64,000 nucleotides of DNA from Octopus sinensis. Lineage: Eukaryota. The notes beneath the pieces were generated by a model that worked only from the letters and a program-made list of their open reading frames with translations, was not told the DNA's origin and made no database searches. This document shows positions 36,737 to 49,509 of the stretch, in pieces. How positions within the stretch are numbered: the stretch's first letter is position 1; each line of letters begins with the position of its first letter. The DNA is taken from positions 17,732,001-17,796,000 of the forward strand of contig NC_043022.1 of the NCBI RefSeq assembly GCF_006345805.1, given 5' to 3'. Both the position numbers and the translations under genes were made by a program.

Positions 36737-37728
36737 GTGAGTCAAATTCTTATAGTTTTGGGGGTTCTGTGTTTCCTAACAGGTGACAGGAGACACTTCC
36801 TATCTGAGCCAATAAAGTGCTGAACTTCCAAGATGGCATCCACTTGTAGCTATTAACTGCAAACACACTTAAGTCTCCTTGCCTAGGGTTTCATGCCCAA
36901 TAAATGTAGGTTTTTAATTAATGAGATGTGCTTCTTGTTGTTTAGGATGTAGATCAGTATTGGCTGAAATATTGTCAATGACATTCCAACAGTGACCATC
37001 CTGTCTTCTTTTCAAGTTGTAGCCTACAAATACCCTACATGCTCTTTATGCTCCAAATAAAGGGCATGCAAAGTCCTCTATCTTACATATTGCCCTTTAA
37101 GATGGTGGGATAGATTTGATAGGTTTTTACTGCTTATTATTGCTAGCAAACTGAGCAACCATGTAGAGGCTTCTTTGTTGGTTTGTAATTTGAAGAACAG
37201 GGCCACCACTGGGATTTGAACCTGAATCCCCACAATCTGAGTGGCTATGTTACCAACTACACCACATTATGTCTTCCTTGTTGAATCTGTCTCTCGCTGA
37301 GTTAGTGAGAGACCATTTATATGGTTAATTAGTCCACTAGAAATAACATCCAAATCTCTTTCAAATCACATTTAGTAAAGAAGACCACATTGGATAATGT
37401 AATCATGCAGGTTTTATTGCCTTAGAAAAAAAAAAGAAAGGCTAGATGGTCATGGCTGACACACCTTTGATCCTAAATCTGCTGGATTGGACCTGCTCTG
37501 GGGTAAAACAACTACTACTCTTATCTCAGATCTCTTATGTTTTTTTCTTTGTTCTTGCCAACATCTTTAGCATTCATGACATTTGAGGTTAAATATGTCC
37601 AAGGATTTATATAGTAATAATGATGATGATGATATTCCATCAAATCAAATCCAATAGATTTTAAAATGATATTCTTAATTAGTTTGAGCAAATTGATTGC
37701 ACTTTCTTTGTCTGTCATTTTTTATGTA

Positions 37729-38035
37729 CAGTGGAACCTCGGTTAGTGAATGGCTTTCATCACAAACAGATTTTTGAATAAAAAATGTCTTGGATAACAA
37801 ATGGTGTCTTTGAGTAATGAACATGAAAGCCAGCCAGAACAGCTGATGATAAGCTGGGAATATCAGGGGCAGTGTGTTAGCCTTCCTTACTGCTCTTGTT
37901 TAGTGCACATCCCTGCTCGAATTTGCTGTGCTTTCTCTTGAATTTCTTCTGGGAAAAATAGTTTCAGTTTACAAACATTTCAGTTGATAAATGGCCTTCA
38001 GGAATGAATTAAATTCCTAAACAAAGGTTTCACTG
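37729..38035. mobile_element. Tigger/pogo-type MITE
   Basis: TA|CAGTGGAACCTCGG ... AAAGGTTTCACTG terminal inverted repeats. Confidence 0.75.
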
Positions 38036-39199
38036 CACTTAATTTTTCTTTTTTTTTTTTTTGAAAGCCACATCATTGTTTAAGACTAGTTAAACTGATA
38101 AACTGTTAATCTCCAGTTTTCAACTTGAACAAACACAGAACAATGCCTTTAACAATCCTACACAAAACAATACCCTCCTCAAACCTTGTACTCATCCAAC
38201 AGTATTTATTTCACAATCTCATCTAACCACACTCTTAATATGTAATTATATAAAGTGCAGGAGTGGCTGTGTGGTAAGAAGCTTGCTTCCCAACCACATG
38301 CTTCTGGGTTCAGTCCCACTGTGTAGCATCTTGGGTAAGTGTCTTCTGCTATAGTCTCAGGCTGACCCAAAGCCTTTTGAGTGGATTTGGTAGATGGAAA
38401 CTGAAAGAAGCCCGTTGTGTATACCATCATCATTTAACATCCAAGTATGTATGTATTTGTGTCTGTGTTTGTCCAGCCCCCCCCCCCATCATCACCTTGT
38501 AACTGATGCTGGTGTGTTTACATCCCCATAACTTAGCAATTCAGCAAAAGAGACCAATAGAATAAGTACTAGGATTACAAAGAATAAGTCCTGGAGTTGA
38601 TTTTTCGACTAAGAGCAGTGCTCCAGCATGGCCGCAGTCAAATGACAAACAAGTAAAAGAAAAGAATATAAACATTTGGAGCCTGGTGCACCTTCCTGGC
38701 TTCCCAGACCCCGGTCGAACCGTCCAACGCATGCTAGCATGGAAAACGGATGTTAAACGATGATGATGACATACATAGTATATGTGTTTTGTTCATGTGA
38801 CAAATTTGCTGCTGGATCCCTCCTGGGGAAGCTCCCTACACAACATTGAAACACTTGAATGTCACAGACTTGCCTCAGAATCACTGAGAATGGCAGATAT
38901 CAATATCCCTGCCATTATTGTGGCTTAATCAATATCATGATCTTGGATCATCTCAGAACAAAGTGAATCTCTGATCTACAACTTATATGGAAACAGAGTG
39001 AAGTCTGTTTGCTGATGTGCAAATGGAGTGAAGTCACATGATTTATATGCAAATGGGGTGAAGCCGGTTTGTTGGGAGTGATGTCTATTTGCTGAATCAG
39101 CAGGAAGTGAAGAAAGTAAAGGAGTTGTGGAGGAAGGCTTGGCAGAGCCTCAATTCTGCTGAGATGGATGGGTAACACCATTCATCTTGGTCCTCTGAG

Positions 39200-39410
39200 A
39201 AGTCCATCATCTTCAGGCCTGTCTTCACCACTTCATCTCATGTTTTCCTAAGTCTACCTCTTCCACATGTTCCTTCCATGTTTAGCAATCAGCACCTCTT
39301 CATACAGCTGTCCTCATCCACCCACATCATATGATCATACCAGTGCAGGCTTCTCTCCTGCACACCACATCTGATGCTTCTTATACTCAATTTTTCTCAT
39401 TGAACGAGGT
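39200..39410 (-). mobile_element. Degenerate RTE ORF2 C-terminal fragment
   Basis: Nucleotide similarity to 54200-54400 (cttcaccacttcatc...cacaccacatctgatgc). Confidence 0.7.
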
Positions 39411-40062
39411 TGTTGTTAATGTGATCTTCTTCGGATGAAGTCTTGTACCAGCTTGACAAGTCCTTGACAAGGTAATGCGGAATAACAAGTCGACTCGTTG
39501 GGGAGAAAACAAATATTTTTATGAGTTGATGCCATCAAGATCTGAAGAGGATTTGTTGATTTGAAAGTGGGAAGTTTTCCTGCACTGAAAGTTGGTGGCA
39601 TGGCTGTGTGGCGAGAAGCTTGCTTCCCAACCACATGGTTCCAGGTTCGGTCCCACAATGTAGCACCTTGGATAAATGTCTTCTACAGCCTCAGGCTGAT
39701 CAAAACCTTGTGAGTGGATTTGGGAGGTGGAAACTGAAAGATGCCTCTGTGTTTGTCCCCCCTCACCACCACTACTTGACAATGGGTGTTAGTTTGTTTA
39801 TATCCTTATAACTTAGTGGTTCAGCAAAAAGTGACCAATAAAATAAGTACCAGGATTATTTAAAAAATTAAATACTTGGGGTCGATTCATTTGACTAAAA
39901 ATTCTTCAAGCTGGTACCCCAGCATGGCCACAGCCTCATGATAGAAATAAAAGACAAGATCAAGCTAGACAGGTTTGAACAAATAACACTTTTGTAAGCC
40001 TTTAACGTTCAAACGATTATGATGGTTTGTAAATGATTAATTTGCTCTCATCTTCGTTACAG

Positions 40063-40171
40063 TGTGGCTGCAGGATTGACCAAGTTAATTGTCGGCCTCT
40101 TCTATATTCTTACAATGTTAATCCTCATGTTAATCACACCCACGGATTATTTCTTCATAAAAGATTTTTAT
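40063..40171 (+). CDS. LPCAT3: LPCAT3 exon (phase 2-0): VAAGLTKLIVGLFYILTMLILMLITPTDYFFIKDFY
   Basis: Acceptor ctcatcttcgttacag, donor TAT|gtaagt, 109 nt. Confidence 0.92.
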
Positions 40172-40373
40172 GTAAGTTTTGGAATTAAATAATTCTCTTT
40201 TGGTGTTGGTAATAAAAAGATATTTTAATTTTTTTTTTAATCTATTTTTCTTCACTTATTTTAATTTTGTGTGTGTGCCTACAATTGAAAGAGAGAACTA
40301 TAGTTTTTTTTTCTTTTTTTAATCTTCTGCAAGATTCCTTATCTCTCGACTGTAAACCTAATCCAGTTTAGGT

Positions 40374-40590
40374 CAGTGGTTGAGAACCCTTTTTTGCCTA
40401 TGAATGCATTTGATTCCTATTTCACTCTGTTGGGACCCATGTTAGAAAAACAATCCTGTTATAGTTTCATGATAAAATATTTTTAGGAATTGTATATAAA
40501 AAAAATTGCTCAGATATTTTGTGTGTTGTTGAAGTATAACCAATTTGTCGCTAATAAACGTTAACAAGAAAATCGTGTTGAGAACCCCTG
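40374..40590. mobile_element. hAT-type MITE
   Basis: Ends CAGTGGTT... / GTTGAGAACCCCTG; degenerate 8-bp TSD GTTTAGGT / GCTTAGCT. Confidence 0.7.
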
Positions 40591-41244
40591 GCTTAGCTTG
40601 ATCTGGGTAGATAAGCCGAAGAAGATTTGTACTATTTTCTGAAAAAGATTTATTGCTCATCTTTGCTGATGAAACTGGAATTAAGTAATTCTCTCTGAAG
40701 AGCTTGCATTCCATTATATATTTGTGATTGTCAGAGGGAAACCTATGCTATTCCTCACTCCTCAGCAATTAGAGCTTCTCCAAGAAGTTCTGTTGACAAT
40801 ATGGATTCATAGGTCAGTTTGTTTTAATATCCTTACACTGTCCGACCCATGCCTGCATGTAAGGTGGACGTTAAACGATGAAGATGATAGTTCTAAACCC
40901 ATGGCCCAGACAGGATATTTAAATATCATATCCCTAAAATGTAGGCTTTTAAATGCTTGCAAATAAATGACAGATGTTTGGTCAGTGTCAGCTGAAATAG
41001 ATAGCTTCACTTGTTTTACATCTATTTTTCTCAGCCAGTGTAGGTTAGACAAATGCATGTTTTTGGAGCATATTTTACAGCCAGACCCTTCCTCTTGCTA
41101 ATCCTTATCGTTTTTAAATAAGGGATTTTTTATTCCACTTGATAACATAAAAAAAGTATTGAACCAATGGCCTTCGGAACCTGCCCCCAGCCTGAGTGTA
41201 GATGGGTGGGGAGGGCCTTATGGTATATTTACCTCGTCATCATA

Positions 41245-42030
41245 TGACTGTTTTTCATGCTGGCATAGCATGGCTGGTTTGACCAGAGCTAGTAAGGCCA
41301 GGAGTACCCCCAGACACCATTGTCTGTTTTGGATGGTTTCTACAGCTGGATGCCCTTCCTAATGTCAATCAGTTTACAGTGTGTAGTGGGTGCTTTTAAT
41401 ATGAGACCAGCACCATTGTTTCTCATGTGGTACCAGTATCTGTGCTTCTTATGTTATCAGCACTGGCATCAATTCTGCCGTGGTGGACGTGTCTCCTTGA
41501 GTATGGCAAGGTGCCAAATATCTCTGTCCTTTGTAAGGCTCAGTGTTTTGAGATTGGCCTTCAATACTTTGTCCCATGTCTTCCTGTTCCACAAATTCCA
41601 TCTACTCTGTGATTGAAACTTCTGTATGCAACTCGCTACAGCCATACGCATCATAGGACCAAACGTGGGCATTCTTCTCTCTTGCATATTCCATCTAATT
41701 CCTCTTATGCCCAACTTTTCTCTCAATACACTTGTGCTCTGTTGCACATGTACACTGACATTGCATATCCAGCAAAGCATACCAGCTTCATTCCTCTCTA
41801 GCTCCCACATGTCCTCTGCATTTAGGACCTTCATCTCACTACCATGTAGCATTGCTGTTCTTTATACATGCATCATACAATCTTCCCTTAAATAGAGAGA
41901 GACCTTTGGTTGCCAACAGAGTTAAAAGCTCTCTGAATTTTCTCCATTCTATTCTTATTCTAGCTATTACACTCTCTGTCCATCTTCCCCTGCAACTAAT
42001 TTGGTTCCCTAGGTAGCAAGTATCTGCACA
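41245..42030 (-). mobile_element. Degenerate RTE LINE 3' fragment
   Basis: ORF 41469-41852 (MLHGSE...LERNEAGMLCWICNV...) and a 3'UTR similar to the 53739 copy. Confidence 0.85.
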
Positions 42031-42141
42031 GAGAAAACAGTATGAAGTGAGGTGTCTATTTACTTTTGAAGTGTGTGTGTGTCAGTCGATCAAAAAGAAG
42101 TTGAAAATGCCCTGAAAGTCTTTTAAATGGATTATTTTTAG

Positions 42142-42318
42142 CCCTTTAGCATTTAAACTGGCCAAATCTGGTTTCTCACACCTACCCTGCAATGTCATTC
42201 TAAAAAACAATCACCTCATAGAAACCTTGAAACTATGAAATAATGCAGGATAAATTCAAAACCATGTGAGTTTTGAATAAGCAGAACATTTGATAGAATA
42301 ATCTGAATGCTAAAAGGG
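42142..42318. mobile_element. piggyBac-type MITE (partial copies also at ~11165-11308, ~13340-13497, ~25620-25800)
   Basis: TIRs CCCTTTAGCATT / AATGCTAAA(A)GGG; other copies end in GGG|TTAA, consistent with a TTAA target. Confidence 0.7.
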
Positions 42319-42468
42319 TCAAAGTCCTAATTGGCTTCAAATTTTTCTGATTTTCAAAATTCCATGAAATCAGTTAAACCTTTAACAATAAACCATCTAA
42401 AAGACTCCAAATACATTTTCAACTTCTTTCTATATTTCTACCCATGTAGAATAAAATAACTCTTTTCT

Positions 42469-42514
<46 letters not shown>

Positions 42515-42606
42515 TATGTGTACATGCTTTATAATATTCAGTTTTTGCCTTATAGCTTTTGAATAAACTTTCCTGTGAATTACTGACTTAAAATTCTTTC
42601 TTTCAG

Positions 42607-42693
42607 GATTTATTCTTACCTATAAAGTGTCTCTATATCATCGTGTGGGGGCGCTATGTGTTATCCAGGTACATAGCTTGCTGGCACATCTCA
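42607..42693 (+). CDS. LPCAT3: LPCAT3 exon (phase 0-0): DLFLPIKCLYIIVWGRYVLSRYIACWHIS
   Basis: Acceptor ttctttctttcag, donor TCA|gtaagt, 87 nt; matches WG.F.L.KY...W. Confidence 0.94.
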
Positions 42694-43769
42694 GTAAGTA
42701 GAATTTATCACTGTTATTTTCCAAGTCCAAAAGTTTCTTTGTATGTAACAGGAGGATGAAGAACTTCTGAATATAATTTTAGAGAAGGATTGAGTCACTT
42801 AAGGCTTGTTAGCCAAACCCAGCCTCCAGCAGGGTTTTACCCACCCCACAGACAAACGTTGAGATTCTTTTCTTGTGCAGCAGTGTTTTTTTCTCCTTCT
42901 TCTAAGTTCTTTGACATGACTACGCTGATGGATAATGAAGAGAATCTGGAGTCAGTCCATTGCATTGGTTTGTGGGAACCATTTTGTTAATATTGCACAA
43001 GATGTGTGCTAAGAAGTTTGCTTTCCTGACCCCATGGTTTCAGGTTCAGTCCCACTGTCTGGCACCTTGGGCAAGTGTCTTCTACTATAGCCTCGCACTG
43101 GCCAAAGCCTTGTCAGTGGATTTGGTGACGGAAACTGAAAGAAGCCTCTGTGTGTGCGTGTGTGTGTTCACTTCTTTGTAACTTAGCAATCCAACAAAAG
43201 GGACTGATAGAATAAGTACCAGGTTTAGAAGTACTGGGTTAATTCATTTGACTTCAAGGTGGTGCCCCAGCATGGCCACAGTCTAATGACAAAGGAGTAA
43301 AAGACAAAAGAAAAACTGTATTAGATAGAGATGGTGTGTGTGAGTGCAGAAACAGCCTCATTGTATTTTAAGAAGAATACAGGGAACACAATGCCACAAA
43401 ACATGCTAAATGTCTGATAATGCAAGAAAACAGAATTGTTTCCTGTAAAAGTTGTAGTCTGTCTTTTGTGATTTGTAAGGAATGACGTGGAGTAACTGGG
43501 CCCCAGATTTAATTCCCCCCCACTTTTTGGTTGCTAAGGTAGTTATGGGGGTATTCCTCTCAATAATTCGATCTTTTAGAATATTTTTTCTTTCTTTTCT
43601 TCCTGTAAAAGTATATTAATAAAAACACAAATGAGTTGAAAAAAGGAAAGACTGTGTTAAGGGGTCAGTCAATGCCCTGGTATGTCACATCACTTGACGA
43701 TGATGACCCCTCTTCCACTCACATGACTTTGAGATAAACCAAACATTTAACGTTGCTGCAATTCCCAGG

Positions 43770-43900
43770 AACACGGGATGTTGCTGGAGTTTCCAAGATT
43801 CTTAGACACAGGATTATTTCTTTATTGTGTTCCCTGGGAAACCAGTTTGTCTCATTTGTCAGGGAAATGTTGCCGTGGCAAAGGTGGCCAATATCTTGTA
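43770..43900 (+). mobile_element. hAT (SPIN/GTF2IRD2-like) transposase N-terminal relic
   Basis: FQDS*TQDYFFIVFPGKPVCLICQGNVAVAKVANI matches the zinc-binding N-terminus of this hAT group. Confidence 0.7.
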
Positions 43901-44224
43901 ATGTTATTTGTTCTGGTAAAATAAAGGGAATGGGTTCAAATGGTTTGATCAACCAGTGCTATCAATTCATTGTTGCATAATGTAAATGGCTGAGTATCTC
44001 ACAGACTCCTCTATCTATACTGAAGTCAGTTTGGCACTGTGTATGTATGAAGGTGCTGACCTTTAGAATTCCTGCTCCAGGTCATCTGATGAGCTTCGCA
44101 CTGTTTCATTTTACCAATTTTCTTCAAGATTTGGATCAACCCAAAAATAAGACCCTTGGCCCATGTGCCACACAATAGGATTGAACCTTAGACCTCGTGA
44201 TTATGAAACAAACTTCTTAACCTT

Positions 44225-44410
44225 GTGGCAGAATCATTAGCAACATTTTGTCTGTCTTTACATTCTGAGTTCAAATTCGGCTGAGGTTGGTTTTGTCTTT
44301 CATCCTTTCGGGGTTGATAAATTAAGTACCAGTTGTGTACTGGGGTCGATGTAATCAACTTAGCCCCTCCCCTCAAATTGCTGGCCTTGTGCCAACATTT
44401 GAAAGTATCG
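44225..44410 (+). repeat. tRNA-derived SINE family B with Deu/Nin-like core (gcctttcatcctttcggggtcgataaattaagtaccag)
   Basis: Recurs at ~3370-3470, 6410-6590(-), 13612-13820, 14290-14490, 28850-29050, 32380-32520, 32995-33200, 45425-45600(-), 50180-50290, 60230-60400 and 60680-60840; (ATT)n tails. The core assignment is from memory. Confidence 0.8.
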
Positions 44411-44456
44411 TTATATTGTTTTATTATGTTCTAAATATTTAATGTTCTTATTGCAG

Positions 44457-44623
44457 GAGGGGATCTGCATTTTAACTGGTCTTCCTTACAATGGAGAAGA
44501 CGAGAAAGGCAACCCCACATGGAATTCCATGGAAAACATCAAACTCTATGAATTTGAAACTTCTTTTAGTCTGTACGGCCTCACAAAGGCCTTCAATGTA
44601 CAAACCAGTACCTGGATGGTTAA
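44457..44623 (+). CDS. LPCAT3: LPCAT3 exon (phase 0-2): EGICILTGLPYNGEDEKGNPTWNSMENIKLYEFETSFSLYGLTKAFNVQTSTWMVK
   Basis: Acceptor ttcttattgcag, donor AA|gtaagt, 167 nt; contains the conserved MBOAT Asn (FN at 44592-44597). Confidence 0.97.
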
Positions 44624-44876
44624 GTAAGTCTCTCCTCTCTCTTTGTCTTACTCTCTCTCTCTCTCATTCTTTTACCTCTTTCTCTCATTCTCCTTCATCA
44701 GTTGACATACTCAATAACTGTCAGGTGTCTTTATGTTTTTGTCAACCAAAACCCCTCACTTTTTATCTTCCAATACCCCAAAAAAATAAAAGCCTGAATA
44801 CAAGAAATAAATATAATTTTCAACAAAATAGTCAAAACAATTTGAATTAGTCTAATAATAATAATAATAATAATAA

Positions 44877-45413
44877 TGCCCTGACACAGTCCCAGGCAGT
44901 GGCTCTCGTGACTTCTGATTGGAAGTGTTATCATTGTTTTGTCTTGGTATAAAAGATGGGTTAAAGCAAATATTCTGCTCGGCACCACAGATTTGCATAT
45001 CAGTTGCTTGACCATAATCAGTTGAGCATGTCCCTTGGTGGCTGACAATATGTGCATCTCTGATCACGAGCAGAAGTAGTGGGGGAGCATCATAGCCATG
45101 TGTTGAGAGGAATTCTTTGAATAATTCACGTCTGGAAGCATGGGTGTTTTGTTCATCATCCTTAAACTAACCTTATTCAGGGACCTTTTGAGTGGGATGG
45201 GCTACTCAACCTACAGAAAATTCTAACTGGGCTCCACCAGCAAGGTCATTCGCTGTTTATCTTGATATAAGGTCACCCACCATGTCAAGCACATATGGTT
45301 GTGATGCATGTGCCTGGTGTACCCTTATCAGATGGATAGTCATGATGGGTATATTGGGCTTCATATATTTGTACCCGAGTGTCACTTTGATGACATGTCC
45401 TGCTCTCTCACTC
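44877..45413 (+). repeat. (AAT)n-bounded element, copy 2
   Basis: Same termini (tgccctga...ctctctcactc) as 5686-6258, with (AAT)n flanks. Confidence 0.9.
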
Positions 45414-46068
45414 AATAATAGTAATAATGGTGTCAAATTTTGGCACAAGACTAGCAATCTCATGGGAGAAGACAAGTGATTTCCATGCCAGCCCTTAACA
45501 GGTTTTATTGACCCTGAAAGGATGAAAGGCAAAGATGACTGACAAAATGCTACTAAGCATTTTAGCCAGTGTGCTAACGCTTCTGTTAGTTTAGCACCAC
45601 AGTAATAAGAATAATGTCTTCTGCTATAGCCCCAGGTTGACCAAAACTTTGTGAGTGGATTTGGCACACAGAAATTGAAAGAAGCTCATCATATACATAC
45701 ATACATACATACATACACGTGCATATCTATGTGTGAGTGTTTGTCCTCCAGTACTGCTTGACAATTGGTGTTGTTCTATTTACATCCCCATAATTTAGCG
45801 GTTCAGCAATGGGCTAAAATCCTTCAAGGTGGTGCCCCACTATGGCTGCAGTCCAATAACTGCAACAAGTAAATGTTAAAAATTCTTCCCCTTTGCTCTA
45901 AGTTAACATTTAAATCAACTTTTCATATTGGATTTATAAGAAATAATTTTAATTATTTTCCCATTTTTTTCTTTGAAATTGTTACAGATTTTTCTGTTTT
46001 TTTAATGCATTTTCCTCTTATGTTTTAATTTTTTTTTGCCATATTCTTTCTCTCTCTCCCTTTCATAG

Positions 46069-46216
46069 GTACCTAATGAAAAGACTACGATTTTTGGGCA
46101 ATAAAGAACTTTCCAAATTCATCACTTTTGCATATCTGGCATTGTGGCACGGCTTGTACACTGGATATTTCAACACATTCTTCTTAGAATTTATGATGAT
46201 TACGGCAGAGACATTT
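46069..46216 (+). CDS. LPCAT3: LPCAT3 exon (phase 2-0): YLMKRLRFLGNKELSKFITFAYLALWHGLYTGYFNTFFLEFMMITAETF
   Basis: Acceptor ctccctttcatag, donor TTT|gtacgg, 148 nt; catalytic His in LALWHG (CAC 46148-46150). Confidence 0.97.
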
Positions 46217-48706
46217 GTACGGAGCTTTTTTATTTGCACATTTATACGTTGATTTATTTGTTGATGTATTTTGGGGGTAAACCCTTGGTTTACCAAATTT
46301 ATGAATTAGTTCAGTATTTATATATCAATTCATTTATGTTACAAAAAAGATGAGCATCACAGAATCTCATGTTTTGTCTCAGTAAGAAATCTGGTTTTAA
46401 GTAAACAGAACAGCAAATGTCACATATCATCGAGTCAGCTTCATTTCAGTTTCCCTTTAATCTTTGCAACTCTGAGAAAGGAGGATCATAGAATGCAGTC
46501 TTACCTCCGCAACAATCTTCTCTAGACATTTTTGACTTGATTTCAACCTGTTTTCACAACCAAAACAACACTTTTTGTTTAAACAGTTTTTATTTTTATC
46601 CCTTTGAAAGTTCATTGGTGAAGTGGTTTGTCTTGGGAGAATGAGTTTGTGATGAATGAGTTGCAGTGAAGGGTTAGTCATCTTCTGGTCTTAAATCTTT
46701 AAGAATCACCAAAAGTGATTTGAAAGACCTCAGTTTTGGTGTGGGTTATATCTATCCATCCGTCCATCCAGCTGCTTATTGTGATCACTGAGATAAAAAC
46801 CTTTTCAATAAAGATAACCAGCTGATTTTTTAAAGCTTAGGACCTATTAATTTTGATAACCAGATGATACCATCGTAATTAGCAGTTAATTGTATTAATG
46901 ATGATAAGGGATGAACTATTTTGGTTGATTGACCCAAAATCAACTTCAACCTGTGTCACCCTCACAGTTCTTTACATTCTTTTACTGATTTCAAAATTCT
47001 TTGGACTTTGCCTACATTTTATTGAAAGGTGAAGTCCTTTGAGTATAAGGGGACATAACTGAAATGGATGCAAACATCAGTTTTTTGTTTGGAGCACTGG
47101 CTTTGCCATTTGTACCCTTAGATAGAAACACAATTTTATGCACTGGGTTTCCTCACAGTTTCCCTCTATCAATTTTCAGTCAGAGTTTTGGTTCTCTGGA
47201 AGCTAAAACAGAAAACACTTGCCTGTAAGTGCTGTGGAATGGAACCATGTTGTTGTTCTTTGTACTTCTTAACCAAACATAGACATGCAGTGTGGAGGGG
47301 GGGGCTTCTGGGGTTCCTTGGATTGAGAGTGGAGTCTTGTGTTTCTAGTGAATAACAACCCCATCCCTAATTCATTAAAAATACAGCCAAGTCATTCAAG
47401 TTTCACTCATTTAACTGCTTAATTAATGAGATTGATTATATCAGGCATGTCAACCTGCAAATTCTCTATGAGCTACATTACTCACAAGATGTCATGAGGG
47501 CCCCATGTTTTAAACACAAATCTACAACAAAGATTTCCATCAATTCTTTATTATTAGGTAAAGAAAAAACTTTTAAAACCTTTTATTTGCTCGTCAGTTA
47601 AGTTATTTTTAATATTAAAATTTTTGGGTGTCCCCCCCATTTTAAACCCCTAACTACACCACTTGTAGGTTGCATTTGTGTTTAACATGCCTGGATTATA
47701 TATATCCTCATCATTGTTTAATGTCTGTTTTCCATGCTGGCATGGGTTGGATGGTTTGACAGGAGCTGCCCCCCGACTTCATTTGTTTGATTGGGCATTG
47801 TTTCTACAGCTGGATGCCCTTCAGCTCTTCCTAATGCCAACCACTTTACAGTGTGCTGGGGGCTTTTTCTGTGGTGCCAGCACCAGCAGGGTCATCAACC
47901 CCCCTCCCCCCTCATTTAGGAGTAAAGGGGTGGGGTTACTTTGTGGAAGTTAAGGAGAAATTAGAGGAATAGGTGTCTTGCTATAGACTAGATACATGGA
48001 CACTCCAGTTGAAAAAGAAAGGAGGGTGAGTTAGAGAGTAGGATAAGGAGCAGTGAAGATGAAGAAAGTCGTGTCTAAAAATGCCTGACTCTGTTTCTGT
48101 TTGTGCAATGTCATTTTACACCAAGGTCAACATTGCCTTTCCTCTCTGTATGAACAGACAAAACACTACTGTCAGTAGAATCAACTAAAGACCCCTTTAA
48201 AGGGTGTTCCACTATGGCCTTGGTCCAACTATTTGTGTTGCTGGACTACTGACCCTTGCTATTCTGCCCTGAGAGCTGACAAGGGTGATGGGGTGGTGGT
48301 CATCTAATGTGTGAGGGGAGGGTAACATGAAAGAGAAGGAAATGAGGATAGGAGGAGAGGTGGGGAGTGGTGAAGATGGGCCAGGGAAGAGTGATGAGGT
48401 ATCACCACTGAAAAGCAGACACACACACACACACACACATGAGATCTATCTGTGTCATTCATCAGGAAACTGCAGCCTGACACAGATGGAGAAGTACTAT
48501 GAAATAGCAACAGTTGGAAGAGAAAAGTACTTAGAAATAAAAAGCGGATAATTGCTAAATGTAATAAAGCAAAACCAAAACAAGAAAATGCTTTTCTCTG
48601 TAGACAAGGGGGGGGGAGAAAATACAAAAGAGAAACAAAGAAAGGAATAAATGTGAAAAGGGTTTCAATATCAAAGTATTGTTTTATGTCTGTTGTTTCG
48701 TTTCAG

Positions 48707-48862
48707 ATTCTCAGCCGTTTGAAAGGCCGAATAGGACCCTTGCCATCAGGGAGACTCAATTCAGTATGGTTGTGGGTCTTCTTTAGACTTTTTTACTGCC
48801 AGTTCTTTTGGGGTTACGCATTGGTGTCATTTGAGTTGTTACAGTTTAAAAAGTACATGATG
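48707..48862 (+). CDS. LPCAT3: LPCAT3 exon (phase 0-0): ILSRLKGRIGPLPSGRLNSVWLWVFFRLFYCQFFWGYALVSFELLQFKKYMM
   Basis: Acceptor gtttcgtttcag, donor ATG|gtaagt, 156 nt; the GY.L..F.L segment matches LPCAT3. Confidence 0.92.
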
Positions 48863-49509
48863 GTAAGTGGCTTTTGATACGGTTTTTTTGTTTTTGATGT
48901 CCATGTCCTTTTATCTGTGAATCCTTTGTGCTTCAATAGCCAGAAGAGAAGTCTGTGTCGTTAACCCCTCAATCAGGGTTCAAGCCACACAACAGGATCT
49001 CAACCTAGAAAAACTTGCTGGAGTTCTGTAGTACAGCAGTAAAACTAGTTCAGCCTGTGATGCCTGGACCTCTGGGTAGACTGGACCACTTGAATATGGA
49101 TACAGTAATGCTGATGATAGTATTTGAACCCTTGACAACACAGTCGTCTGCAGCTCGTGTTTCAAGTGGTTGATTTCTTCTTCCCGCTTTTACATCTTCT
49201 TTGACCAAAAAATAATCTTACCTTTCTGTCTCGCACCCCTGTTTCCACAGGAACAAGAAATGTAGAAGAAAATTACTGAAATGGTTACATGGAATATGAC
49301 ACAACTAAATTGAAGAACTAATTTTGGGATGGCAGAGCAGAAACTTTACAGAATCCTACAGATTTGTAATTGTGCAGCTGCTTGAATGATGACCCCTGTA
49401 AATAACTGGTACTTTAATGACTCAAAAGTAAAGTCTACTTTGGCAAAATCTAAACTCAGAGCATCTCTCTTCAGATTCTTTTGTTCTAATAATAAATAAT
49501 GAAGGCAAC

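Noticed and set aside
48980-49190. Coiled-coil-like minus ORF (REEEINHLKHELQ...)
   Set aside because: Bounded by stops, no usable splice sites, no recognisable family.
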